From NCBI RefSeq assembly GCF_009834535.1, contig NC_045697.1:19098001-19162000 (forward strand): a stretch of DNA of 64,000 nucleotides, in the 5' to 3' direction. This document shows positions 35,386-48,699 of the stretch, piece by piece (position 1 is the stretch's first letter; each line of letters begins with the position of its first letter). The notes under the pieces are model-generated. The model saw only the letters and a program-made list of their open reading frames with translations, was not told the DNA's origin and ran no database searches. This stretch comes from Camelus ferus (taxonomy: Eukaryota). Position numbers and translations under genes: made by a program.

Positions 35386-38294
35386 TGATTTGTATTTTGA
35401 TCTTTCCCCCACTAAGGCTAGAAAACCAAAGCAGAATTAAGCTAAGGGAAATGATTAATGTATTTTAAACTATATGTGCTAATTTAAACATTTCAGAAGT
35501 GATTCCCCCTCTTTTTATTTAGATCTTATAAATACTTAAAATGGGTGGTGTGCCATCTCAATTTTCATTCTTCTTTTATATAGTTTTTTTTTAAATTATT
35601 ATTATGAACTTGGAAAATACAAGTGTATCAAAGAGAAAACAAATCTCACCCTCAGAACCACTTTGGCATTGTTCTTTTTTATATACAGTAAGTATTATTA
35701 CATAGTTACAGTCCTTTTAAATGCAATTTTGCATCTTGCTTTTTAAAATCTTACCTATTCAGAGCTTTTTCCTAACTGTTAAATGGAATAGAGCATTTAT
35801 TATCTATATGTTCTTATTGTTGGAAAGATTCCCATTGTTAAATAGATTGTCTTCAGTTTTTCTGTTAAAAATACTGTTACCAACATTTATGTGCATAAAC
35901 TTTTTCTGCGTTTAGATTTTAAGGGTATGTTCCGCAAAGTGTACTATTAGCCTATTTTAAGATTTTAAAAATGTATATTTTGGCAGTATATATATAAAAT
36001 ATATATTTTCTTACTGCATATATTACTGCCAAATTGCTTTCTGGAAGGATTGTTTTTTGAGTGGCTATTGGTGTTTTCATTGAAAAAGAACCTTTGCTAT
36101 TTTGGGTGCAATATCATGTTTCATTTCTTTAATTATTAGAGTTTGAATGTTTTCCCCTTTGTGTATTGTTAAACACATTGTCCTTTGTGACGTTGAAGTG
36201 GTTCTGACAACAGATCTCTTCTCTTAAACTAATGAGAGGGTAAAGCCTGATTCTTTCCTGACATTCCATTATTGTGAGTCTGTAAAAGTGTGATATTATT
36301 AAAAGGATGAGTTTTCTGATAGATTAATTGTGCTTGCATTTTTCCCCAATGTTGTTGAAGTTTCAGCTGTTGGTAGTTTTTCCCCCCTCCTTTTAATTCT
36401 GATTTAATCCAGAAACCTAGTTTCTTGAATTTCTTGAATTTAATAAATCAAATTTCTGAGGGGTAAATTACCATGAGTATTACAACTATTGCTTGTCTTT
36501 ATTTTCTATTGCAGGTTTCTCTTGAATATTAACTCCTTTCCAAATGGTGAAGTCCATGATACCTAATTGCATAGTTAGTCTGAAGTTTGTGTTATTCATC
36601 TCTTTTATGGCTTGACCTATAATATGTAACTCCAGGGACTAACAGTGTGTGTTATAAGCCATGGGGACTGATGATCAGAGAAAACTGCAGAGTGAGAAAG
36701 AGGGAGGGTTGGGAATGGAAGACAGCCATGGAATGAAGGGAAGAACTAGGGCTTTAGAGTAATGTAAAGCTGCATTTTAACTGTGTACCATTTACTAACT
36801 TAAAGTTTCTGTGCCTTAGTTTCTTTCTTGGGGAAAAAGGGAGATGGTGATTTCTGTCTTTCAAGGTTACAGTAAAGGTTAAATTATACACACACAGCAG
36901 GTATATACCTGTGCTGTATAGTGTATTATTTGGTGCTCAGTAGATTAGCCGTATTTTCTCTTGGGAAATAGAGGGAGTGTCACAATGTCTGGGAAGACCA
37001 TATTGTAGAAACATAGGTGTGAGTTGTACTAGCATGTGTTAAGACATTGTGATGCCGACCATATGCAGTAAGTTACACTGTCGTGGGCAAAGCAATTTAA
37101 CAGATTTATTCTCTGTAATCAAGCTGTAGTGGAAATAGAATTGTGTAATTAAAATAAGGTATGAAAAGACTCTTTGAAGGTTAATTTAAAATGAAAACTT
37201 CCTGCTGTGTTTATTATAATTTTTTGAAAGAGATTTAATGCTGTATCAAATAATGCTCCTTTTGTAATTGAAGGAGTACTGTTGCTATACTGTAAATCTG
37301 CAAGATTGTGTTTTTTGATAGGATGTTGATAACTTAATTTCATATTAGATGCCCATCAATTGGATCCTCAGTATTCTCTGAAAAGTTATTGTTAAAATAA
37401 GATTATCAAATTGTCACCTGGGTTAACACCTGGGAAGCGGTTAACCCTCTCGGTAAACCAGGTATGGTTACCTCACATGGGATTGGAATAAAGGGATTAG
37501 ATACCTGAGTTGTTTACATTCCTTTGGAAGAGAAGATGCTTGCTCTAGAATTCAGTCAAACACAGTTGGGCCTAAGAGCTACAACTTCTCATCTTTATAA
37601 TGAACCGGTTCCTGGAGAGCATTCCTCAGTCCCTTCTGTGTGCCATCCTTTGTGCCAGCTCTGGGAATGTGGACTTGAGGTATTTATAATCTAATGAGGA
37701 AGAGTGGGTATAACTACAGATCATTGTGATAATGGGTGTATAAAGACTTGTAAGGGATAAAAGGATTGTGAGAGAATAAGGTGAAGGAGATAAATGAAAT
37801 GGGCTCTGAAGTAAAATGGACTTGTGCCATTTTAATCAAGGTGAACAAGATACCTACGTAATAGGGTTGTTGTAAACAATAAATAAGATCAGTGTAGGAA
37901 GAATGTTTAGCACAGTGTTTGCCACATAGTAACGCTTACAAAGTGTTAGCTGTTAGTATTTAAATTCCTACAGTTTCTTTCTGTGGTGATTCAGTGCTCT
38001 AAATGATTATTTTAAAAATTCTTTAAGATAATTGGAGTAAAGGGTTAAGAAAGAACCAGAATGGGACTGGAGTATGATTTATTGCTACTATCTCAACTTC
38101 TTTGGGAAATTCAAATATAAAGAAAGCTAATAATAGTTAATGATCCTGCTTTATAGAAAGAGTACTGTACACGTTATTTTAAGAAGGGGCTTTTTGTTGC
38201 ATTCCGGTGCCCATCTGTCAGTTGGCTACGGTAGAAACACCCTGCTGACTTAGCATCGTTGGGAGATTAAGTATCCCACGTGAGTGGAGAGCCA

Positions 38295-38505
38295 GCATTT
38301 ATTGAATACTTACTATGTGTCACGTGCTCTTCTGAACGCTCTGCATGGAGTAACTCCTTTAGTCCTCACAACAAGATTATGAGGTAGAAGAGCTCCACTT
38401 CCCAGGTGAGGTAACAGAGGCCCATGTTAAGTACATGTTCACAGAGCTAGCAAGTGGTAAAGATGGGATTCTGCCAACAAGCATGCGAATCCTTAACCAG
38501 TACTC
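38295..38505 (-). mobile_element. MIR SINE
   Basis: GCATTTATTGAATACTTACTATGTG...TCCTCACAACA...CACAGAGCTAGCAAGTGG. Confidence 0.75.
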
Positions 38506-39029
38506 TTTTGACTCTTGAATAATTGCAGCTTAAGTCCTTTGAATTATAAACCTGTTTTATGTCGAACACTTTGGAAGCAAATTATTTCTAAAATTTGTTA
38601 CTTCCCTGTCTTCTGCTCGTACGGGTTCACAGGCACAGTGTTACTGGTGTGCTCTGCCAAAGCACGGGTGTTCTTCAGGACTGTTGGTTGTATAGAGCTA
38701 TTCAGCCTTAGCTTTCATGGCCTTGAACTGCTGAACCTTATTTCTTCATAAGCTTTTTACTTAAATACAACAGTACAGAAAACGGCACAAAAATCACTGG
38801 ACAGCTTAGCTATTTTTTACAAAGTGAATGATCCTATATTACCAGTACCCAGGTCAGGAAACATATTACCTTCACCCGTGATGTTCCTCATGCCCCCTTG
38901 TAATCACTGTCTGCCTCTCTGTCCAGGGTTAACCACTACTTCAGTGCTACAGGATAGCTTTCTTGTTTCTGAATGCAATATAAATGTAGAATCATCTACA
39001 TATGGTTACATCATAGTTTATTCATTGTG

Positions 39030-39031
<2 letters not shown>

Positions 39032-39060
<29 letters not shown>
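39032..39060. repeat. (CA)n microsatellite
   Basis: Read directly from the sequence. Confidence 0.95.
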
Positions 39061-39799
39061 TTTTAAAATGTTTTGGTATCTGCTAAGGCTGGAAGATGGG
39101 TGTCAAGGCTTTAGTTGTCATAACTATTGGTAGTGTGATGGATTCTCCTTTGAGTAAAGCGTTTAGAGTATTTGTCTTTGATATTTGTGATATCTTTTTT
39201 CATTGCTGAGAATTTGTTTTTTAGGTCTATCTGTTTTGCCTAGGTGAAGTCAGAAGGAGCTTTCAGATAAGTGCAGTGTTTAACTGTGCTTATCAGACTA
39301 CGGAGTTCAGGAGCAGAGAAACTCAAAATGTAAGGTCCAGTGTTACTTGCATTATGAGAATGTAGCTAATTTAGCACCTCAGATTATAGATAGGGTGTAC
39401 ATATATGCAGTTTATATATACATACACAGTGTTGACTTATCCTAAGTACTGAGAGATTTCATGATGGTTTATTGAAAAATTCATGTAAACTTTGCTTCAA
39501 ATCTGACTTTTAGATACTAGATTTTTAGAAACTGATTACCATGGGCCAGTTCCTCTTATTTGCCAAATAAGGAAGTTGGGACCCTGAAAGCTCATAATTT
39601 GTGGTTGAGCGGAAAACAAGAAAAATACAACAGGTGGAACATTCACTTTCCTTTTATATTCGTTATAAAACCAAATCAGTAGGAAGGATGGAAGGAGAAT
39701 TAGGAAAGTACATCAAATTTTCTTGCTTAAAGCTTTTACTATTCAACAGCATATTCATATAATCGAGAAGACTGTTTGAAAATTTAATTTAAGGCTAAT

Positions 39800-40520
39800 G
39801 TATTAATTCAACATACTTATTGAGTACTTTGAGACATTGTTCTGGGCACTGGAGCATGAATAGAATAAAACAAAACAAAACAATGAGTCTACATTTAAAT
39901 GGGTAAGACATAGTAAAGAAGTAGAGAAATAAATACATATCAAGTTGAGAGGTAATAAACGCTATGAAAGAAAATTAAGTAAGGGGAATAAAGAGTGTCA
40001 GGGCAGAGTCTATGTGTGTGTGTGTTGTTTTGTATACAGTGATCAGAGAAGGCATAGGTGACATTTGAGAAGAGGGAAGGAAGACACAGTGATGCGAGTA
40101 CCCTTAGGTGGAGGGAACAGCAGGTGTTATGGGTCCTGATGTGGATGGAGCATGCTTGGATTTTGGAGAAACTTCCAGGGAGACTCCTGGGCTGGTGTGG
40201 ATTAAGCAGTGGAGAGAGGCTGGGGAATTAAATTAGAAAAGTAGACAAGGCTGGAATGTACAGGGTCTTGTAGATTGATGTAAGGATATTGGTATTTCTC
40301 TGACTGAGATGGGGAGCCACTACTGGGTTTTGAGAAGAGTTGTGACGTGGTGTAACTTGTGTAGTACCGGGATCACTTCAGTGATTTCATTGAGATGAGA
40401 CTATAGAAGGGCTGTAGTCTCAGGGAGCAGGGAGATTAGTTAGGAGGCTTTTGTTGGTCGGTGGGGGAGAGAATGGTGGAGCTCCGGGGCTAGCAGTGGA
40501 GATGGTGGGAGATGTGGTAT
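39800..40520 (-). mobile_element. LINE-2 3' portion
   Basis: ATTCAACATACTTATTGAGTAC...TGTTCTGGGCACTGG...GAGATGGGGAGCCACT. Confidence 0.75.
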
Positions 40521-43044
40521 AGGTGTTCTACACACAGATACCAAGTCCAGTGAAAGCCTTTCTGTTCTGTTGTCCTGAAAATCAAGTTCATTGTAACATA
40601 AACTTTATTGTGATGTGAAAACATAAAAACCTATGCTATATTACATAATTTAAGGAGTTAGGATGTTAGAACAAACTTACTGTAGTTTTTCAAATGCTGG
40701 ACGTAATGGGATAGCATAAACACTAAACCAAATAGTTGAATTTTTTTTTTTTAACCTCCACGTCCTCAATCCCTTTAAAACAGAGGTTTTACTGTAGTTT
40801 TCCCTCTTGCTCTTCTGGTTGATACTGCTTTCATTTATATTGACTTTCTCTTGTTTCTGATTTTTAGCTTTCCTCTTATGTGGTGATATAATTACAAATA
40901 AACACCTCATCTGTTTTATTTATCCACACTTTAACCAATTTTCCTTTAGTAGTTTATTAGGTTTTTGACCTTTCTTTCTTAATTTTGTATAAACTTTTCA
41001 ATTCTCTTAAACGTATATCATTGTCTCTACCTAATTTCAAGTGATTTTGCTTGATTATGTAACTGGATCTTATTTCATTTTGAAAAGGCGGTGGAGAGAA
41101 CGAATTATTACCTGTGTTCAGCAGATAAATGTACTTAGTAAATACTTAATTTTTAATTTTTGCTTTATTTATTTTGTACTAGTTTGTTGTTACTCGGTTC
41201 ACTTACCTGTTGCAAACTGTATTCATTATGCCACGTACACATTTAAGAATTTACACATACGCATATTTCAGTAATTATAGTGTGTGGTAAGTGTCCAGGC
41301 TTTGCAGTCACACCAGTATGAGTATCTTGGTTCTGCTGCTTGTTAGATTGGCAGGGTATTTAGGCCTCTTGTACCTGTTTGTAAAATGGGAAACACAATG
41401 CCTGGCTTCCACGGTTGTGAGTGCCTAATACGGTTCTGGTAGTAGTAATAATAGTCCCTCGAGTATTTATTGTCTCTTTTCCATTTACAAGCCATTAGGT
41501 TAATATTTAAAGAGTTAACAGAGATCAAATATATGAAGTATTTCTTTAAATTTTCTTTTAGTTGCTCTCCCTTTGCTTTCTTTCTTCTTTCCCTTTCTTT
41601 GTTCTGATCCGTTTGGAAAGAACTACAGAGATACAAATGTAGCCTTATCTGAACTTGTGATAAGCATAATACATCAAATAATGAAGCCTGTTAGGAACTA
41701 CTTGTGAGATGAGCAGAAGCTGATAACTTGGTTTTTAATAAATGAGACTAGGAGAGGCAGTCAAAGTAATTTCTGCTTGGGTTGAGGTGTTTTTTTTTTT
41801 TACATTGCTAATCTAAAATCAGAACAATTGTTATACAATTATAGCCTTTGAATTGAAAGAAATGGACAAATCTTAATGTTTAAGTTTTCTGCTAATTACA
41901 GGAACTGCTGTGGTGCATCTCCCTTTCATTGGCTCCTCCAGTGCTTTCAGGGACTGGGAGCTCACTGGTTCTCTGGCAGCCTTTTCCATTAGGAGACAGC
42001 TGTGGTTTATGAGAAATTATCTGTTATAAAGCTGAAATCGTTCAGTACCTTCTATGGTTTCTGGATCTATTCTTCAAATCAAAAAATGGCTGCTTTTTCT
42101 CGTAATATCTTTAAGGACTCTATTATATCAATCAGAGTTCTCAAGAAAAACAGAAGGAAAATATGTATCTGTAAATAAATTATATTTTAATTACTAATTA
42201 TTTAAAATTTAAATATTAAAAATAACTAAATAAATTATACATATATGTAAAATTGTAAGAGATTAATTTCAAGGAAATACTTAGAACAATTACAATTTCC
42301 ATTTCTGTAACTGGTCATGTGGTTGTAGCTGGTCTTTGTGACTGCCTTCTTCCACTACGCATTCCATATTCCCTTTGCTCTCCACAAGCACCTTAGCTAG
42401 TTGTGGTTCTTTGCCTGATGAGGTGACCCAAAACATTATTTCTGAAGGGTCTGGCCCATTCGTAGTCCTGCCTGGATTGCGTTGTTACAGTTTTCTGTTG
42501 ACTTTAATCACAGGGCATGGTGACTAAGTTACCTTAAGGGATCTCCTATATTCCAGACTTACTCTTTCTTACCACCCTTGTGTAATAACAGTCCAGTCTC
42601 CTCTTGGTACTCAGAATCCCTCACACCAGTCAGTAAAGTAGTCCCCTTCTTTACCCATTGATACAGAGGGAGGAAGAACTCAAAGTGTTCTTCCCAGTGG
42701 CAGTTTTAACTTCCAGTTCACTGTAATCATTTTATCTCCCAGTGGGAGCATTCTTCCCTTTGGAACTAAGACCTATAGACCAGCAGAGCATAAAATCATA
42801 AAGTCGTGTGGGCACAGAAAGGAAAACTTTTGCTAATGGATCTCTTGGAGCAGCAGTGAGTGATGCCACTCTCATTTTCACCCTTTGATTCTAGGATCTG
42901 TGAATCCTAGCTATGAGAGAAATAGCACTGTATATTGGTTGCTGATTTAGATCATATACAGCTTCCTGGAGAACACTGTGCCAACCCTGCAAGGTAATGC
43001 CACCTAACTAGCATTGTAACTAAGTCTTCAAAAAGCCATTCTGT

Positions 43045-43630
43045 GTTCATAGCAGAACTATGTACAATAGCCAAGACATGGAAGCAACCTAAATGTCCAT
43101 TGATAAATGATTGGATAAATAATTTATGGAATGTATATATTCCATAATATATATATATATATATAATGAAATACTACTCAGCCACAAAAAAGAATGAAAT
43201 AATGCCATTTGTGTCAACATGGGTGGACCTAGAGATTATCATACTAAGTGAAGTAAGCCAGAAAAAGACAAATACCATATATGGTATCACTTATATGTGG
43301 AATCTAAAAAAAAAAAATGACATAAATGAACTTATATGCAAAACAGAAACAGACTCACCGACATAGAAAACAAACTTATGGTTACCAAAGGGGAAAGGGA
43401 GGAGGGAGAGGGATAAATCAGGAGTTTGGGATTAGCAGATAAAAACTACTATATACAAAGTAGGTAAACAACAGGGTCTTACTGTATAGCACAAGGAACT
43501 ATATTCAATAGCTTGTAATAATCTATAATGAAAAAGACTCTATCTATATCTATGTCTTTAACTGAATCACTGTGCTGTACATCAGAAATTACCACAACAT
43601 TGTAAATCAACTATACTTCAAAAAAAAAAA
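43045..43630 (+). mobile_element. 5'-truncated young LINE-1 nested in the ERV-L
   Basis: MKYYSATKKNEIMPFVSTWVDLEIIILSEVSQ (L1 ORF2 end), 3' UTR, and polyA at 43620-43631. Confidence 0.9.
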
Positions 43631-45163
43631 GAGTCTCTGTTATTGTTCTGTCAACCAGCTTCTTAGGATGATGGGGAACATGTTAAGACAACTGCTCAGT
43701 GAATTTCTTGAGCATGAGTCCATTGCTTACTTGTGCTGTGAAGTGAATTCCTTGATCAGAGGCAATAATTCTGTGTCAGATACCATGACGATGGATAAGC
43801 CTTCTGTAAATTGTGGATAGTAGGTTTAGCAGAAACATTAGATGCAGCAAAGGCAAATCTGTGTCCACAAAGTCTGTTTCCATAACAAAACCTTTCCTCT
43901 TTGTGTTGGAAGCAGTCCAGTGTAATCAACCTGCCACCAGGTAGCTGCCTGATCCCCCTGGGGACGGTGCCGTTTTGGGGACTCATTGTTGATCTCTGAT
44001 CTCTGCTCCTGGCATATTGGGCACTCTGCAGTGGCTGTGGCAGGTTAGCCATCATGGGCTGAAGTCCCTGTTACTGAGCCCATACATGACCTTCCTTCCT
44101 TCCATGACTACTTTGCCATGAGTCCAATAGACAATGGTATTGGTGGCCAAGAGAGAGGCTGATTTGTACGGAACAGGTCATATTATCCACTTGATTATTA
44201 AAATCATCCTTTGCTGAGATGACCCTTTGGTGAGCATTTGCATGAACACAGATATTTTCATGTTTTTTGCCCCTTCAGAGAGGCTTATCCATATACCTCC
44301 TTCAGATTGCCTTGTCACCAGTTTCCCAATCGTGTCCTTCCAAGTCCCTGATCATCTAGATAGACCATTTGCCACATCCTGTGAGTTGATACGCGGTGGC
44401 ATCTCTGGCCATTTTTTTCTAAGCAAAATAAACAACCACTCATGCACTGCTTAAGAGTTCTGTCTCCTGAGAGGATTTCCTTTTCCATTACCCTTCAGGA
44501 ATGTCCTGGAAAGGGCTGCAGTGCTGCAGCCATCCACTTTTGGGTGGTGCCTGCATATTGTGCAGAATCATTTGTAAATGAAGCCCAAGTTTTCTCTTCT
44601 TCATTCAACTGATTTAGGAAACTTTCCATGAGGTCATAAATGTGGACTAAGAGAGAGAAGATAATGTAGCAGGGATGAATACCATGGACATTTGGGTCAC
44701 TTTTTCATATAATTTACTTGTGCCTTCAGGGCCTGTGTGGTCTCGATCTTGTATATACTACCACCATTTGATGGTGGAGTACTGATATGTGTACCTGATC
44801 TTATGGCTTCAGGGTCAGACAACACCCAGTTCATGATGGGCAGCTCAGTTCACATGGTAACTTAGGGGCCTGTTGTTAAGCATCAGTCTCTACTGAGGCC
44901 CAGTAGCAGGCCAAAATCTGTTTCTCAAAAGGAGAGTAGTTATTTGCAGAGAATGGCAGGGCTTTGCCCCAAAATCCTAAGGGTATGTACTGTGGTCAAC
45001 CTATACAGGCCTGTCAAAGGCTCCAGACAACATCTCTCTCTGTGCCGACCCTTCAGGCATCATTAGATATGCTGGATCACATGGCCCAAGTGTCAGAGCA
45101 ATCTGAATCATTGCAGAGCCTTCTTCTGGGCACTACTCAAAACTAGCTTTTTAGGTCTCCTGA

Positions 45164-45681
45164 TGTGATGAATAAGTTTGTGTCATGTGTCAGCCTGGCT
45201 AGGCGGTGGTGCCTAGTTGTTCAGTTAAACACTGGTGTAGATGTTGCTGTGAAGGTAATTCATAGATGTGATTAACATTTACAATCAGTTGACTCTTAGT
45301 AAGGGAAATTACCCTTGATAATTACCCAATCAGTTGAAGGCCTTACAAGCAAAAACAGATTTCCCAAGAAAGAAGGAACTGTGCCTCAAGATTGTATTTA
45401 GAAATCTTGCCTGTGTTTCTAGCCTGCTGGTCTGCTTTACAAATTTTGGACTCTAAAACTGCAATATCAACTCCTAAGTCTGAGTTTCCTGCCCAATAGT
45501 CTGTGCTACAGATTTCAAACTTGCCAGCCCCCACAATCGTATGAGCCAATTCCTTAAAATAAATCTCAGTGTGTATTCTCTTTCTTCCCCTGTGTGTGTG
45601 AGACACACACACACACACACACACACACAATGTATATATCTCCCACTGATTTTGTATTTTTGAAAAACCCTGACTGATATA
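45164..45681 (+). mobile_element. MLT2 solo LTR inserted in opposite orientation into ERV-L pol
   Basis: Starts TGTGATG...GTAGATGTTGCTGTGAAGGTA...CAATCAGTTGAAGGCCTT, has an internal (TG)/(CA) run, ends ACCCTGACTGATATA. Confidence 0.85.
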
Positions 45682-48600
45682 CTTGGTCAATGGGCTGGAG
45701 TACTGAAATACAAAGAAACTCACTGGTTGCTGTCCTTTTTTTGTTGTTTATAGGAGTGACCAAATGCATCTTATTCTTTACCTGAGAAGGGATATCTTGA
45801 TATGCCCCATACCAATAGACCCCTAGAAATTTCACTTAGGTGAAAGGTCCCTGAATATTTGTCCAATTTTTTTCCTACCCTCTGACATGCAGTTGTCTTA
45901 CCAATAAGTCTAAAGGAGTTGTAATTTCTTGCTCACTAGATCCAGTTTGAATAGTATCATGAATGTAATGGGTGTGATACTTTGTTCAGGGAAAAGTCTG
46001 TCAAGATCCCTGAGAACTAAATTATGCCTGGGATCATAGGTCTGGAGGGTTGATAAACCCCTGAGGTCAGGCAGTGAAGATATATTGCTGAACTTGCCAG
46101 CTGAAAACAAACTGCTTCTGGTAGTCTTTATTAAAAAATATTGAGAAAAAAAGCGTTTGCCAGTCTATCTGCATGCTAGGTACAAAAGGATGTGTTAATT
46201 TGCTCACACAGTGAATCCACATCTGGTGCAGCAGCTACGATTGGAGTCACCACCTGGTTAAGTTTATGACAATCCACTGTCAATCTCCATCTGTTTTCTT
46301 CACCTGCCAAATAGGTGAGTTGAATAGCGATTTGTTCAGAATCACCAACCCACCATTCTTTAAGTCTTTGAAATGGTGGCACAAATCTTTGTAGCCCCTC
46401 CATTAATGTGGTATCACTTTTGGCTTAGTATTTTCCAAGTCAGAGGCAGTTTTAGTGGCCTCCACTTAGCCTTTCTTATCCCAATAGGTCTGGAAACCAG
46501 TGTAAAGACTCTGCTAGTGGCTGAGTATGTCTGTTGCAATTACAAATTTAGGAACTGGGGAAATAACCATAAGGATGGATTCAGGGGACCCACTGGTCCC
46601 ACTGTAATATGGACCTAAGCTAAAACCCCATCAATTATCTGATCTCTGTAGTTCCTTACTCTGACACATGGAGCACAATGACATTTTAGGTCTCTTGGAA
46701 TCAGTTCTGAGCCAGGGTCCAAATATCCCTGAAAAAATTATGTCCTTTTCCCAGTGCATAGTCACCCTAGTAAAAGGGTGTAGATCCATTTGGGGATGGC
46801 TGGGACAAAGATTAACAGTATGAAATTTTTGCTGTGTAGGAAGGTCTTTCCTCAAGGGGACCTATCCTCCTGTTCATCCAAGAGGTTCTGAGTCTGTAAA
46901 CTCGCTCAAGTTTCAGAATTCATTGGGGGGCCTTGACTTTGTTTTGGCAATTCCGGTTAGCCTTGTGTTCACTTGATCTAGAAATCTTTTGCCTGTATAG
47001 GTCAAGTAAGAATTTAGTAGACAGCCCTTCTGTTTCTCTTCTAGAGGCACCATGATCAACTAGTGAATGCCATACATAGGTCTCTGAGTCAGACTGTTCT
47101 GATAACTGTTTTCACCTTGCTGTCCGTTGTGGTAACCTTGTCCACCTTGTATTTGGTGTTTGAGTTCTGCTCCTTGGCCCCTGCCTTCCCAGGATCCAGT
47201 TATCCCCATGGCATTTAAGGATCCTTGTTCAGTGGTAGCAGTTCCCATTGTAATTTCTGACCCGCAGAGAAGAGCATCCACAGAGTTCTTCAATGATGCT
47301 GAGGCTCACCTCACACATTTATTTCTGATAGTCCTGGTGAAAGGTATGTCTTCTGGACCCTCCTGGGGTGGGTGAGCAGGTGTTACATGATAAAACTGTT
47401 TTAACATTTCTGTTTCTCAGAGCCTTTGGATACCACTTGCTGCATTATACCAAGGCAGTTCTGACATTTCAGCTTCATCTCATTGTATCCTTTTGGTTGC
47501 TGCTTTATCGAGCCAACGAGTCAAACTACTAGAGCCCTTTCTAACCCCTTGAGCTGCAACACTAAATCTAAAATCTTTGCTTAGTAGTGTCTTATCAGTA
47601 AATTCAGCCTCATCCAGCTTTGTTTTGTTCATACTATTCTACATCCATAATATCAAATCTCACACGTATTTCCCAGGTTTCTGTCTTACAAATTGGAAAA
47701 ATCATGCTGTTCTTTTGAGTTGTAGTGCATCTCCCAGGGGTCACACTTTGTATTGCACCTTTTGGGGTCAGCTGGGACTTGTAGTTGTAGGTGTAGAAGC
47801 AAAGAATCAGTGTAGGTTCTGAGGAGAATTTAGCTGTGTCTGACAAGGCAACTACCTAAGGGGAGGTCATTACAGATTCTTCATGCAAAGCATAGTTCAC
47901 CTCAGTGAAGGGTAGAAGGTGTGCTTCTACTTGCAAAGAAGGTCCAGCAAAATTTAGTGATTCAGTGAGATCTGCCCACATGTTTCCATCCCTATTTGCA
48001 GGATCCCATTACTTCCTAATCAAATGCCCTTACTATAACAGACAGTATCTTGTGAGGTCAGGAATTCCATTTGTGTTGTAGTTCAGCCACTCACAGGATG
48101 GCTCTCTGGATTTAGTTTTCAGATATCTCAGCCCTAAGGCTTCAATAGATAAGGGTTTCAGCGCAGACAGAAGCTTTTCAGGTCACTTACCTAGTGTTTG
48201 AGCTGGGCGTATGGAGAGCTGGGCTTATCCTTTCATTTCCCCACTTCACTCAGCAGTTAGGGGTCACCAACTCATCTCATTGTAATTATTAGTTTGACAA
48301 ATGTTCTAAGGTATCAGTTGCATGTTCACCTAAAACCTTGGTTTTTATAAGTATTTGATGAGTCGTATCCAATGGTTATATTGCTGTATCATGGACCACT
48401 AGTGCCTTCCATATCTCTTTACTGGAAATGGAGTCATTAGTGCCTTCAAATCTAATCAGAGTAGAGAACCAATTTCATAAACCGCAGGACCGGTTTTGAA
48501 AACTCATCTTTAAGCTTCTGTTCCTCTAGAACTACTCTTGGTACTCAAGTCAGTTTCAGTCAGGGTTCTTCAGAGAATCAGAACAAATATATATGTGCAC

Positions 48601-48699
48601 GCGCGCACACACACACATAAAATACAAGATTGCTTATACTGCCTCTTGAGATTTGTAGGGCAGGCTGAAAGGTCACCTTGACTATTGGTCAAGTGGTAG

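Larger units (their letters stand above)
42122..48600 (-). mobile_element. Decayed ERV-L provirus (gag-pro-pol) with partial MLT2-type LTR ends
   Basis: RT peptide WRLTVDCHKLNQVVTPIVAAAPDVDSLCEQINTS (46176-46403). HYIHD at ~45955-45970 (YIDD motif mutated). Integrase WWQVDYTGLLP at ~43905-43940. MLT2-like ends CAGAGTTCTCAAGAAAAACAGAA (~42133) and CAGGGTTCTTCAGAGAATCAGAAC (~48561). Confidence 0.88.
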
